Source: Eledone cirrhosa (taxonomy: Eukaryota). Taken from it: 64,000 bases of DNA. The stretch covers positions 409,510,001 to 409,574,000 of the forward strand of contig OZ024740.1 in the NCBI GenBank assembly GCA_964016885.1, read 5' to 3'. The first letter of the stretch is position 1. The number at the start of each line of letters is the position of its first letter. Below are positions 1 to 11,200 of the stretch, one piece after another. The notes under the pieces were generated by a model. That model was not told where the DNA came from. It ran no database searches and worked only from the letters and a program-made list of their open reading frames with translations. The position numbers were made by a program, and so were the translations under genes.

Positions 1-170
1 TTAACACTGTATTCCCTACTCTAATATAGCCATCAACAGCTGTTAACACTGTATTTCCTACTCTAATGTAGCCATCAACAGCTGTTAACCCTGTATTTCC
101 TACTCTAATTTAGCCATCAACAGCTGTTAACCCTGTATTTCCTACTCTACTGTAGCCATCAACAGCTGTT
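1..170. repeat. 42-bp minisatellite (TTAACMCTGTATTTCCTACTCTAATRTAGCCATCAACAGCTG), ~4 copies, truncated by window start
   Basis: Units restart at 1, 43, 85 and 127. Confidence 0.95.
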
Positions 171-224
171 TTAGAATGGAAGCACGGAAGAGCGTCTGAC
201 AGTATTTGCATGTGTACAAGTACG

Positions 225-388
<164 letters not shown>

Positions 389-414
389 TAAGTATATGAT
401 TAGCTTCGTGTGTG

Positions 415-1327
415 TATTTACTGGAACTGGTTTGCGTATGAAACTACTTATTGGGATTCAATTGCTAATCCCGTTCGAATTGGTTCCTTATGTCTTCATA
501 CACGTAGCTCAACAATCTTTCTATTGTTTGAACCACGTTTAGATGGCTTGTTCCGGGATGGCGCTCAGCTCTGTCGTCCCATTTCGTATGTTGTCCTCTC
601 AGTTCTCTAAGCGGGAGCCTTTCAATGACATCGTCGTTATTTTGGAACAGCCATCTCTAGAAGGGGCCATATCAGGAAAGTAGGGATACTGGCGATTGAA
701 CCTTGGATCAGCTGCGAAGAATGAGTATCGGCGCTATCATGATACAGCTTCCAGTTTTGCAAGTACTACGAATCTTAGTATAGAGTTACGGCCCTTTGCC
801 TTCTGAGTTTAATCCCGCCGAGGTTAACTTTGCCTTTCATCTTTACGGGGTCGATAAAATAAAGCACCAGTAATGCACTGAGGTAATTGCTGGCCTTGTG
901 CCAAAAGTAGAAACAATTATTACTGTACAACGCCTCGGTAGTCGAAGAAAACAATCAGCATCACCTTGATATTATTCTGTACCCGTGGTACGTTTTGGGC
1001 CTTGGTGACCGTTGATGTTTCCCCTGTGATGACCGACATTTGGTTTCCGGCTCGTACTCCTACACCCAATTCTCATCCCCAGTTTTCCTGGTATTCAAAA
1101 ACTCATGATCCTTGATGATTGTATTGGACGAAATGAAAATTCAACGAGTAAATAGTACAGCACCTCACATGCTGGCTGCCTGACTGTGATTGACGTATCC
1201 AGTGAGCTTACCAAAAACCACGCATGCGCATGAATGTATATGGCTCCATTCTGCACACCTTTGTCTCCCTAACGTCTTATATTTCACGGGTAAAAATAAG
1301 GTTGGATACTTTTCAACAGACCTCATA
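415..1327 (-). mobile_element. Degenerate, internally deleted mariner DNA transposon interrupted by a SINE
   Basis: Minus-strand translation gives mariner DD34D motifs with stops/frameshifts: FLNTRKTGDENWV*EYEPETK..SPRPK, KVMLIVFFDYRGVV, W.LYHDSA..HSS, PYFPDMAPS (YSPDLAPSD), LKGSRL. A mariner-type 5' TIR (TA-TGAGGTCTGTTGAAAAGTATCCAACC) lies at ~1300-1327; the other TIR is degenerate. Confidence 0.85.
780..921 (+). mobile_element. 5'-truncated tRNA-derived SINE (Nin-domain family)
   Basis: B-box-like GAGTTTAATCCC, Nin-like core GCCTTTCATC..GGGGTCGATAAAATAAAG.ACCAG and 3' GAAACAATTATTA tail; matches other copies in the window. Confidence 0.88.
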
Positions 1328-1539
1328 TATCTGGGTGCATAGGCGTGTGTGAGTATGTGCGTGTGAGTAGGTGGGTCTAACTAGAGCTGTATCCGTGACC
1401 TTATTTATATAAGCATCTGAATGCGCATTTGCATTTAGATAGGATGTATACGAAATGCTTGGAAATTAAATCGTGGCCCAGTTACACATACCATAATCAG
1501 GCGCCATATCTTTATATAGCTATATAGACTGAACTATAT

Positions 1540-1700
1540 TTAAACTAAATACGCTGCCTGGGGACCGTCTAGATGGAGTAGCCAAATCGCCCTCAAATTA
1601 CACCCTACTATTATAAAGGACACATTGAATAATATGGTTCTAGATACACTGATTAGAAAGGCAAGATTGTTATGACTAGGTCGTCTTTAATCAGGCTCTG
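1540..1700. repeat. Copy of a second, old interspersed repeat family (related copies in opposite orientation at ~3105-3305 and ~5375-5570)
   Basis: Shared diverged blocks (ctcaaattacac, ggacaca, ctagata, atgac..gg..tctttaatca); family not identified. Confidence 0.55.
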
Positions 1701-1753
1701 TCGGTGCGCTGTATATCACTTGCTTCAATTACCGGACTCCATCATAGTGTAAA

Positions 1754-1943
1754 ATAATAATTGTTTCTACTTTTGGCACAAGGCCAGCAATTATCCCAGT
1801 GCATTACTGGTACTTTATTTTATCGACCCCGTAAGGATGAAAGGCAAAGTTAACCTCGGCGAGATTTGAACTCAAACGGTAAAGGGCCGTAACTCTATGT
1901 TGCAAAGCATGGTGTCCGACCCTCTACCGATACTGCCAATCCA
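1754..1943 (-). mobile_element. Near full-length tRNA-derived Nin-domain SINE
   Basis: Reverse complement of the SINE consensus, from A-box-like TGGCAGTATCGG through B-box GAGTTCAAATC to the (ATT) tail. Confidence 0.92.
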
Positions 1944-2807
1944 AATAATAATTTCGGTATAACTTATGCTTACTCTAACGTCGAAGATGGGATTCGGTTC
2001 CTCGATCTTACAGCCGGTAGGTCGACATAAACCACTCATGCGAAGAGAATTCTATTTTGTTATTAGTGGACTGTGGAATGTCAGAAATAGCAAAGAAGAA
2101 CCACAAGTACCTTACGATTTTAGTCTGTATGCTTTCAGTGTTCAAAATTTGCTGATGTCAACTTCGAGTGTCGATAAATTGAGTACCAATCAAGTACTGA
2201 ATCGATGAAATCCTTATTCCTAATTCTTTGACGTTGTAAATCATAATGATGTTTTCGTGGCATCAGTAGAGGCCACGGACGTGAATAGTGTAATCGGGTC
2301 CCTCTCTGTAACATTCGTTAACAATGTGACAGTATCATCGAGACTATTTATTTATATTCCTTGACATTATAAGTTTAAATCATACCGAAGGTTATTATTA
2401 TATAAGAAAAATCTTCGAGAATTTTCGTTTAATCACTGATGTTATATTGTTGCACTGTGCAGTTATTGCTGCATTTATTCGACCGCAAAATTATGAAAAA
2501 CGATAATTTTATAGTACCTTATGATGCTTGATGTTTGAATTTATACACTGAGAATTCGGGCAATAAATCCTTCCTCTGCCATTTATGGAATAAATGATTT
2601 GCAGCCTGCAATTCTCTTTGGACATTCAAAGCGAGTTATTTCTAAAGATTTCAGAATTGCGGCAAAGCGATTCATTGGTGCATCTATGACGTAAGTAGAT
2701 GGTTGCAAATTGAGGGTGCTAAATCATTCAGCAGAAAATTAATTAGAAAAAGTCTTCGATAGTTTAAAAAGTTATGTATTTTGTTAGTTGTTAATATTTA
2801 ACTCCTT

Positions 2808-2870
2808 CGAGTTTGAACTCAGATCGTTATGCCATAGAGCAAACTGTCCGACACTCTACCGATACTGCAA
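2808..2870 (-). mobile_element. Inverted SINE head fragment (A/B box region of a variant subfamily)
   Basis: Reverse complement is GCAGTATCGGTAGAGTGTCGGAC...CTGAGTTCAAACTCG. Confidence 0.75.
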
Positions 2871-3090
2871 GGGCAGTGGATTGGCAGTATCGGTAGGGGG
2901 TCGGACGCCATGCTTTGCAGCATAGAGTTACGGCCCTTTATAGTCTGAGTTCAAATCCCGCCGAGGTTAACTCTACCTTTCATCCTTATGGGGTCGATAA
3001 AATAAAGTACCAGTCACGCACTGGGGTCGATTTAATCGACTTTCCCCTCCCTCCAAATTACTGACCTTGTGCCTATATAAGAAACCAATA
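2871..3090 (+). mobile_element. Full-length tRNA-derived Nin-domain SINE
   Basis: GGGCAGTGGATTGGCAGTATCGG (A box) ... GAGTTCAAATCCC (B box) ... Nin core ... GAAACCAATA. Confidence 0.92.
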
Positions 3091-3675
3091 TTTAACTCCT
3101 TTTCAGCCCCGACTGGACAGGCTTATAATCAAAAGCATTGCAACAATGACCAATCTGTTTTATTGTGTGTGTGGGGGGGGGGGGGGCATCATATATCTAG
3201 GACATTATCTAGTGTATCCTAGTTTCAAGACAATAAAGTGTAATTTGAGAAAAATTAATTTGCTATTTCTACCAGAACGAGTGACCATGAAGAGGATCCA
3301 TTCCTTGCATTTGTTAGGTTGAAATACTATACAGCAGCGTGTTTGTGTCCTCAAATTGACTGTATTTAGCGAGGCATGAAATGGTTTCAGCTAACATTAA
3401 CCCAAATCGTCCATAGTCACTTTGCAAGGGTATCGGATGAATAGAGCAGGTAGGCGAGTTTTTAAGTTTTCAGCAACAACAGCAACAACATGTTTTGATG
3501 GCTGATAAATATTTTAATGAGAGCACCTGAAACATAAGTGATGTATGCCTTAGTGCAGAGGTTCTCAAACTTTTTGGGCCACCGCCCCTCTCACAGTCAC
3601 GTAATGACCTCAGCGCCCTCCAACCCTATTTCCAGAGAGACCTACCTAGACGCAAATTGTAAATAATATATAATA

Positions 3676-3788
3676 AATAATTGTTTCTACTTTTGGCACA
3701 AGGCCAGCAATTACCCAGTGTATTACTGGTGCTTTATTTTATCGACCCCGTAAGGATGAAAGGCAAAGTTAACCTCGACGGGATTTGA
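3676..3788 (-). mobile_element. 5'-truncated Nin-domain SINE
   Basis: Matches the 3' half of the SINE consensus. Confidence 0.88.
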
Positions 3789-3818
3789 TATATAATAAAT
3801 AATATATATACTATATTA

Positions 3819-4612
3819 TATATTTCTTTAGGTCGTTTTGGAAGCCTCAACAACGCAGATGGGTAAATCTCCGGGTAACAAGATCCGGTGGTGGAGAGAT
3901 GTAAGTGAATGTAGGTTGAGATGTGTAGCGTGTAGAAGAGTGTAGGAAAGAGCGTAAAGGATAATAAAAACACGAGATAGAGTTACCTTGGGAGAGATTT
4001 AATTGTCCCTATATATTTCTGATTCACATCCATCAACTGGGGAGGGGGTCCGGGGGAGGGGGGAGAAAGGTTGTCTGTCGGAAAGGTGCGAAACGTGTCC
4101 TCCGCTGTTCGTTGTTTTGAATATCTGAGGTATTCAGCAGAGCGCGCGTGCGCGTGAAATGGGGTCGGTCAATCCAACAGGGCAGATAATACAATGGACT
4201 GACAGCTAACGCCACCCCACTCCCACAATTGAAAGAACTATTTCGGCCGCCGACCTCTGCTTGACCGACCCCATTTCACGCGCACGCGCGCTCTGCTGAA
4301 TACCTCAGATATTCAAAACAACGAACAGCGGAAGACACGTTTCGCACCTTTCCGACAGACCCCCCCCCCCCCGGACTCCCCCCCCCCAGTTGATGGATGC
4401 GAAATCCGAAATATAGGGACAATTAAATCACTCCAAAGGTAACTCTATCTCATGTTATATTATTATCCTTTACGCTCTTTCCTACATTCTTCTACACGCT
4501 ACACATTTCAACCTACATTCACTTACATCTCTCTCTCCACCACCGGATCTTGTTACCCGGAGATTTACCCATCTGCATTGTTGAGGCCTCCAAAACGACC
4601 TAAAGAAATATA
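3819..4612. repeat. Long inverted repeat / fold-back element (arms 3819-4172 and 4261-4612, 88-bp spacer)
   Basis: The arms are high-identity reverse complements over ~350 bp. Confidence 0.95.
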
Positions 4613-4684
4613 CCTTATTATTCCACAATGCTTCAAGCAAACTTCAATACTCTCTTATATTATATATTTTTAATTTTTACTATA

Positions 4685-4868
4685 TAATTGTTTCTACTTT
4701 TGGCACCAGGCCAGCAATTATCCCAGTGCATTAATGGTACTTTATTTTATCGACCCCGTAAGGATGAAAGGCAAAGTTAACCTCGGCGGGATTTGAACTC
4801 AGATCATAAAGGGAGGTAACTCTATGCTTCAAAGCATGGCGCCCGACCCTCTACCGATACTGCCAATC
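4685..4868 (-). mobile_element. Nin-domain tRNA SINE
   Basis: Reverse complement of the SINE consensus including A and B boxes. Confidence 0.92.
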
Positions 4869-6487
4869 ATAATATGTATTAATATGTATCATTTTATATT
4901 TAATATACTATTATATCATGTCTACAGCCCCCACCCCCTAGGCCCCAGCGCTCCCTGGACCTTCTCAATCCCCCCTCGGGGTGGGGTGGGGTCTGTAGCA
5001 TCCACTTTGAGAACCTCTGTCTTTGTGGTATTACAGTAAGTAGGTTGTATGTTGTAGTATTAGTATCGTTATAATTATTATCATTGAATCTAGTATCAAT
5101 TATAAGAAAGATTCTTTTGCTACAGAAGAAAGACAACTAACAACTTGACTTTGTATATATCACAATTGAACTAAAACAACTGTCAAATTACAATTTCATA
5201 TTGGTTTGGGTGTCGCTCATCTTATCAAAGAGACTATTGTTGGTTGAAAAACAGATTGAGAGTAAATACCGAGCACAGGTTTATGTGTGGATGTAGTATT
5301 AGTTCACATGCAATTGATTTCAGGTTTTATTCGTAGACATTTAACTTTCAACAGGTTTTAAAGAGGTTGTTGGGCCCTGAGTCAGCCCTGGGTCAGCCCT
5401 GGTCAAGCAGATCTATGATCAAAGCCATTCCAGTCGTAACAATCCCGTCTTTTTGCATATCTAGACCTACATTGTCAAATATATCCTTTATTCAAGATGG
5501 AATGAGAGTTTTTGACAGTATTTTTTCTAACGGACTGAATGACCACGCAGAGGCTCCCTCGTTAGCGCATCTAAATGGGTAAAGTATACCACTCTGCAGA
5601 GTGGTATACTTTACAACGTACACAAGGTAGGTGTAACAGCAACAGCACAGGGAAACATTTCCCCAATCAAATATTTAATCCATTAAACTTTTATAGAGTT
5701 TTCTTGTCATTTTATGATCAACAATAATACTTAGACTGTGCTTTACTGAGGACGCCGAATAATAATGAAACCTGTTGCCGTTTCCTACTGCATTTCTTAT
5801 TAAACTTTAATTCTCGACCCGTCGTTTTTTTTCCAAAAAGAAAGATTGTTCTCATAACCAAGAGTATGATTTTAATTAATGAAACATTTTTGGCACACTA
5901 CATCAAGTATGTTAGCGTCCATTTCACTACTGAATACAACTCCTCCATCGTAAAATGGCGGCTGTAAAGGAACTCAGAGTTAAACACACCCCATGAATCT
6001 TTAGTATTTGGGAAGAAAGGATGGGGAATGAAAAAGACAGATACAAACATGTGGATCAGGAAAACATTGATTTAGCAATCATAGCCGCCTTAACAGCATT
6101 ACAGGCACTTGGGCACAACAATGCACTAAAGCACCCCTAACATACACAACCACAGCATACATAGATTGATTAACATCGGATCCATACACTTTTCAGTGTA
6201 CCCATACCTTCGACGGTACAACTGTTAGAGTGTCATTATCAATACTCTAAATCAGGGCCTCCAAGAGAAATTTTGCAAGGTGGTACAAGACCCCTTTCGG
6301 GACTGAAGCAGGCAAAGACTTTTCTCAAAATAGATGTTGCATGGTTGATGTAGGGCCTACTTAGCTCTTGGGCCCCGGAATAAAGTACTGGCTGAACCTC
6401 CCACCCCCTCTCGCTTCGTGTGTAGGCATGAGTAGGTTTATATGTATGTTTTGCAGACTCATCCCACCCTTACACCCATTTACACGT

Positions 6488-6496
6488 ACACACACA

Positions 6497-6560
<64 letters not shown>

Positions 6561-6561
6561 G

Positions 6562-6593
<32 letters not shown>

Positions 6594-6714
6594 TCACACA
6601 CACTCATAAATATGAAACTGAGTATACAAAGCAACTCTCACTAACCCTCTACTAATACTACTACCTCCACCACCACTATTACTACTACTGCTGCTGCTGC
6701 TACTACTACTACTT

Positions 6715-6765
<51 letters not shown>

Positions 6766-7010
6766 TTACAATGTCTTTTAATCTCTTCTATTACCTTCAA
6801 CCATATTGTTCTCCCTCTCCCCTCTCACTCCCACAGAACCTCTCTCTCTAGCTCTCTCTCGCTCTCTCTCTCTAGCTCTCTCTTTCTCTCTCTCTCTCTC
6901 TAGCTCTCTCTATAGCTCTCTCTATAGCTCTCTCTATAGCTCTCTCTTTCTCTCTAGCTCTCTCTCTCCCTAACTCTCTCTCTCTCTAGCTCTCTCTCCC
7001 TCTCTGTCTC
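6488..7010. repeat. Compound microsatellites (CA)n, (CTA)n and (CT)n/(TAGCTC)
   Basis: Direct inspection. Confidence 0.95.
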
Positions 7011-7189
7011 CACTCAGTCACCAATCAAAGATTCTACAATGGACCCATTAGGAGATCATTAAACCTGCTAACAGCCAAAATCTTAAAATCACACACTTCC
7101 TTCTTAATTTAGTGGGGTGGATACATTGTCTGAAGAGAGGAAGTGGTGTTTATCGAAAGTAAAGTTTGTAAGAGACTAAACAACACCAA

Positions 7190-7462
7190 AGGGCTAAATT
7201 GGCTTATTGGGATGAATGCGGTATTCATTCTACCTGAGTTCTCAGTTGAAATCCCGCTGAGGTTAGCCTTGCCTTTCAACCTTTCGAAGTCGATATAAAA
7301 AAGGCGGCAAATTGGCAGAGTCGTAGGACGTCGGATAGAATGCTTTACGGTATTCATCCCACCTCTTTGCGCTCCCTGAGTTCAAATCCGGCCGTGGTCA
7401 ACTTTGCCTTTCATCCTTTCGTTGTCGATAATAAGAAGTACCAGTCCAGTACTGGGGTCGAT
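7190..7462 (+). mobile_element. Two tandem, diverged Nin-domain SINE copies (~7190-7300 and ~7303-7462)
   Basis: Each has CTGAGTTC and GCCTTTCA.CCTTTCG..GTCGATA; the second has a GGCGGCAAATTGGCAGAGTCG head. Confidence 0.75.
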
Positions 7463-7938
7463 TTTTTCCTCTATAGAAAAAAATCGGCTGTGTTCAGACC
7501 TGGATAGGGTTGGGCTCTGCCAGGTTTAGAAGTACCCTAGACATGCCGTATAACGGTGCCTCTCCGACTCCACAAGGAGTTATGGGATCGTTATCCTTTT
7601 TTTTTTTTATTAAAAAAAAAGTACCAGTCCAGAAAAAAAAGTACCAGTCGATTCTTCCTCTGTATCTCTTTATCAATTCTCTACCATTTACTCTCCTAGA
7701 GACCTAGAGAAAGGATGGTCTCTACGTATGTCACTACGGATCTAAAAACAGAAAACACCATCACTCTGTCAATATAATTCTTCAGCAGACATCATGCTTC
7801 CTTCTAGCAATAATTTTTGATTCCTTGAGTTCCAATGAGTTATATGAGGTTTCGAGAGGTTGTACAACTTAAGCAAACAGAATAATACAGAGGACAGTAT
7901 ATCTGGAAACATCGTGGACACGGATCTTGCCAATAACA

Positions 7939-8061
7939 GTAATAATTGTTTCTACTTTTGGCACAAGGCCAGCAATTAACCAGTGTATTACTGGTACTTT
8001 ATTTTATCGACCCCGTAAGGAGGAAAGGCAAAGTTAACCTCGGCGGGATTTGAACTCAGAA
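7939..8061 (-). mobile_element. 5'-truncated Nin-domain SINE
   Basis: Matches the SINE consensus from the B box to the tail. Confidence 0.9.
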
Positions 8062-8065
8062 TGGC

Positions 8066-8290
8066 AGTAATAATGGTTTCATTTATTGGCCACAAGAGCC
8101 GACATATTGAGAGGGAGTATTGGTGTTGTTGTGGAAGTGTTTGTTGTGGGTGGGGCTTCTGTTGTTTCAATTGTTTGTGGGGGAGGGGATGTTACCAGGG
8201 GTTTTCTTTTTTCTTTGTCTTGTATTTTCGTTTTTGTATTTTTTGCTTTCTGTGGTTGTTCCTCGTCTCCGCTACTGGAAGACGATGTGT
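8066..8290 (-). mobile_element. Fragment of the local Tx1-like LINE family (ORF1-like Pro/Thr-rich segment joined to the 3' end)
   Basis: Reverse complement ends GTCGGCTCTTGTGGCCAATAAATGAAACCATTATT, like the 3' end at 38180-38220. Upstream it reads [14 protein letters not shown]...[17 protein letters not shown], similar in character to the ORF1 tail at 40100-40400. Confidence 0.55.
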
Positions 8291-11200
8291 CTGTGTGTCT
8301 GTAACTGTGAGTCTGTGTCTGTGTGTCTGTGTCTGTGTCTGTGTCTGTGTGTTTGTATCTGTGTGTCTGTATCTGTGTGTCTGTGTGTCTGTGTGTCTGT
8401 ATCTGTGTGTTTGTGACTGTGTCTGTGTGTCTGTGTCTGTGTGTCTGTGTCTGTGTTTGTGTCTGTGTGTCTGTATCTGTGTGTCTGTGTCTGTGTCTGT
8501 ATCTGTGTGTCTGTGTCTGTGTGTCTGTGTCTGTGTCTGTATCTGTGTGTCTGTGTCTGTGTCTGTGTGTCTGTGTCTGTATCTGTATCTGTGTGTCTGT
8601 ATCTGTGTGTCTGTGTCTGTGTGTCTGTGTCTGTGTGTCTGTGTCTGTGTGTCTGTAACTGTGAGTCTGTGTCTGTGTGTCTGTGTCTGTGTCTGTGTCT
8701 GTGTGTTTGTATCTGTGTGTCTGTATCTGTGTGTCTGTGTGTCTGTGTGTCTGTAGCTGTGTGTTTGTGACTGTGTCTGTGTGTCTGTGTCTGTGTGTCT
8801 GTGTCTGTGTCTGTGTGTCTGTGTCTGTGTGTCTGTATCTGTGTGTCTGTGTCTGTGTCTGTATCTGTGTGTCTGTGTCTGTGTGTCTGTGTCTGTGTCT
8901 GTATCTGTGTGTCTGTGTCTGTGTCTGTGTGTCTGTGTCTGTATCTGTATCTGTGTGTCTGTATCTGTGTGTCTGTGTCTGTGTGTCTGTGTCTGTGTGT
9001 CTGTGTCTGTGTGTCTGTATCTGTGTGTCTGTGTCTGTTTGTCTGTATCTGTGTGTCTGTATCTGTGTCTGTATCTGTGTGTCTGTGTCTGTGTCTGTGT
9101 CTGTGTGTCTGTGACTGTGTCTGTGTGTCTGTGTCTGTGTGTCTGTGTGTCTGTGTCTGTGTTTCTGTGTCTGTGTGTTTGTATCTGTGTGTCTGTATAT
9201 GTGTGTCTGTGTCTTGTGTCTGTATCTGTGTGTCTGTGTATGTGTGTATGTCTGTGTGAATGTGTCTGTGTGTCTGTATCTGTGTGTCTGTATCTGTGTG
9301 CCTGTGTGTCTGTGTATGTGTGACTGTATCTGTGTGTCTGTGTGTCTGTGTCTGTGTGTCTGTATCTGTGTGTCTGTGTATGTATGACTTTGTCTGTTCG
9401 TCTGTGTCTGTGTATCTGTATCTGTGTGTCTATATCTCTGTGTCTGTGTCTGTCTCTGTGTAAGTGTCTGTGTGTCTGTGTCTGTGTGTCTGTGTTAGTG
9501 TGTCTCTGCATGTGTGTCTGTATCTGTGTGTCTGTATCTGTGTCTGTGTGTCTGTGTCTGTATCTGTGTATCTGTGTGTCTGTATCTGTGTGTATGTGTC
9601 TGTGTCTGTGTGTCTGTGTCTGTGTCTGTGTCTGTATCTGTGTGTCTGTATCTGTGTGTCTGTGTCTGTGTCTGAGTGTCTATATCTGTGTGTCTGTGTC
9701 TGTGTGTCTGTATCTGTGTGTCTGTGTCTTTGTCTGTGTCTGTGTCTGTGTGTCCGTATCTGTGTATCTGTGTGTCTGTGTGTCTGTGTCTGTGTCTGCG
9801 TGTCTGTGTCTGTGTGTCTTTGTCTGTGTCTGTGTCTGTGTGTCTGTATCTGTGTGTCTGTGTCTGTGTGTCTGTATCTGTGTCTGTCTGTCTGTCTCTG
9901 TGTGTCTGTGTCTATGTGTTTGTATCTGTGTGTCTGTGTCTTTGTGTATGTATATGTGTCTGTGTCTGTGTCTGTATCTCTGTGTCTGTGTGTCTGTATC
10001 TGTGTGTCTGTGTGTCTGTGTCTGTGTGTCTGTATCTGTGTGTCTGTGTCTCTGTCTGTCTGTGTGTCTGTGTCTGTGTATCGTGTGTCTGTGTGTCTGT
10101 GTCTGTGTCTGTGTGTCTGTGTCTGTGTGTCTATGTCTATGTGTTTGTATCTGTGTGTGTGTGTGTCTTTGTGTATGCATATGTGTCTGTGTCTGTGTCT
10201 GTATCTCTGTGTCTGTGTGTCTGTATTTGTGTGTCTGTATCTGTGTGTCTGTGTCTGTGTCTGTGTGTCTGTATCTGTGTGTCTGTGTCTGTATATGTGT
10301 GTCTGTGTGTCTGTATCTGTGTGTCTGTGTCTGTTTGACTGTACGTGTCTGTGTGTCTGTGTCTGTGTGTCTGTGTCTGTGTGTCTGTGTGTCTGTGTCT
10401 GTGTGTCTGTGTCTATGTGTTTGTATCTGTGTGTCTGTGTCTTTGTGTATCTATATGTGTCTGTGACTGTGTCTGTATCTCTGTGTCTGTGTGTCTGTAT
10501 CTGTGTGTCTGTATCTGTGTGTCTGTGTCTGTTTGACTGTACGTGTCTGTGTGTCTGTGTCTGTGTGTCTGTGTCTGTGTGTCTGTGTGTCTGTGTCTGT
10601 GTGTCTGTGTCTATGTGTTTGTATCTGTGTGTCTGTGTCTTTGTGTATGTATATGTGTCTGTGACTGTGTCTGTATCTCTGTGTCTGTGTGTCTGTGTCT
10701 GTGTGTCTGTATCTGGGTGTCAGTGTCTCTGTCTGTCTCTGTGTCTGTGTGTCTGTGTCTGTGTGTTTGTGTCTGTGTGTATTTATCTGTGTGTCTGTAT
10801 CTGTGTGTCTGTGTCTGTTTCTGTGTCTGTGTGTGTGTGTTTGTGTGTCTGTGCCTGTGTGTCTGTGTCTGTATCTGTGTGTCTGTATCTGTGTCTGTGT
10901 GTCTGTGTCTGTGTATCTGTGCCTGTGTGTCTGTGTCTATATCTGTGTGTCTGTGTCTGTGTCGGTGTGTCTGTATCTGTGTGACTGTGTTTGTCTCTGT
11001 TTGTCTGTGTCTGAGTGTCTGTATCTGTGTGTCTGTGTCTATGTCTGTGTCTGTGTGTCTGTGTGTGTGTCTGTGTGTCTGTATCCGTGTGTCTGTGTCT
11101 GTGTGTCTGTGTCTCTGTGTCTGTGTCTGTGTGTCTGTATCTGTGTGTCTGTATTTGTGTGTCTGTGTCTGTGTCTGTGTGTCTGTATCTGTGTGTCTAT

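Larger units (their letters stand above)
3556..5019. mobile_element. hAT (Charlie-like) MITE expanded by nested insertions
   Basis: TIRs CAGAGGTTCTCAAA / TTTGAGAACCTCTG; 8-bp flanks CCTTAGTG / TCTTTGTG (6/8 match, probable TSD). Confidence 0.8.

Noticed and set aside
2871-2965. tRNA gene
   Set aside because: A/B boxes are present, but they belong to a multi-copy SINE head and there is no cloverleaf.
5740-5782. CTGAGGA...GAAACCTGTT hammerhead-like words
   Set aside because: Neither stem I nor stem II can form; at best a fully decayed relic.
6208-6250. Possible 39-nt minus-strand exon (SIDNDTLTVVPSK, AG..GTATGG)
   Set aside because: Weak acceptor and no linked exons; compatible with chance.
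6253-6422. Possible hAT-like MITE starting CAGGGCCTCCAAGAG
   Set aside because: The right TIR and TSD are too degenerate to support a call.
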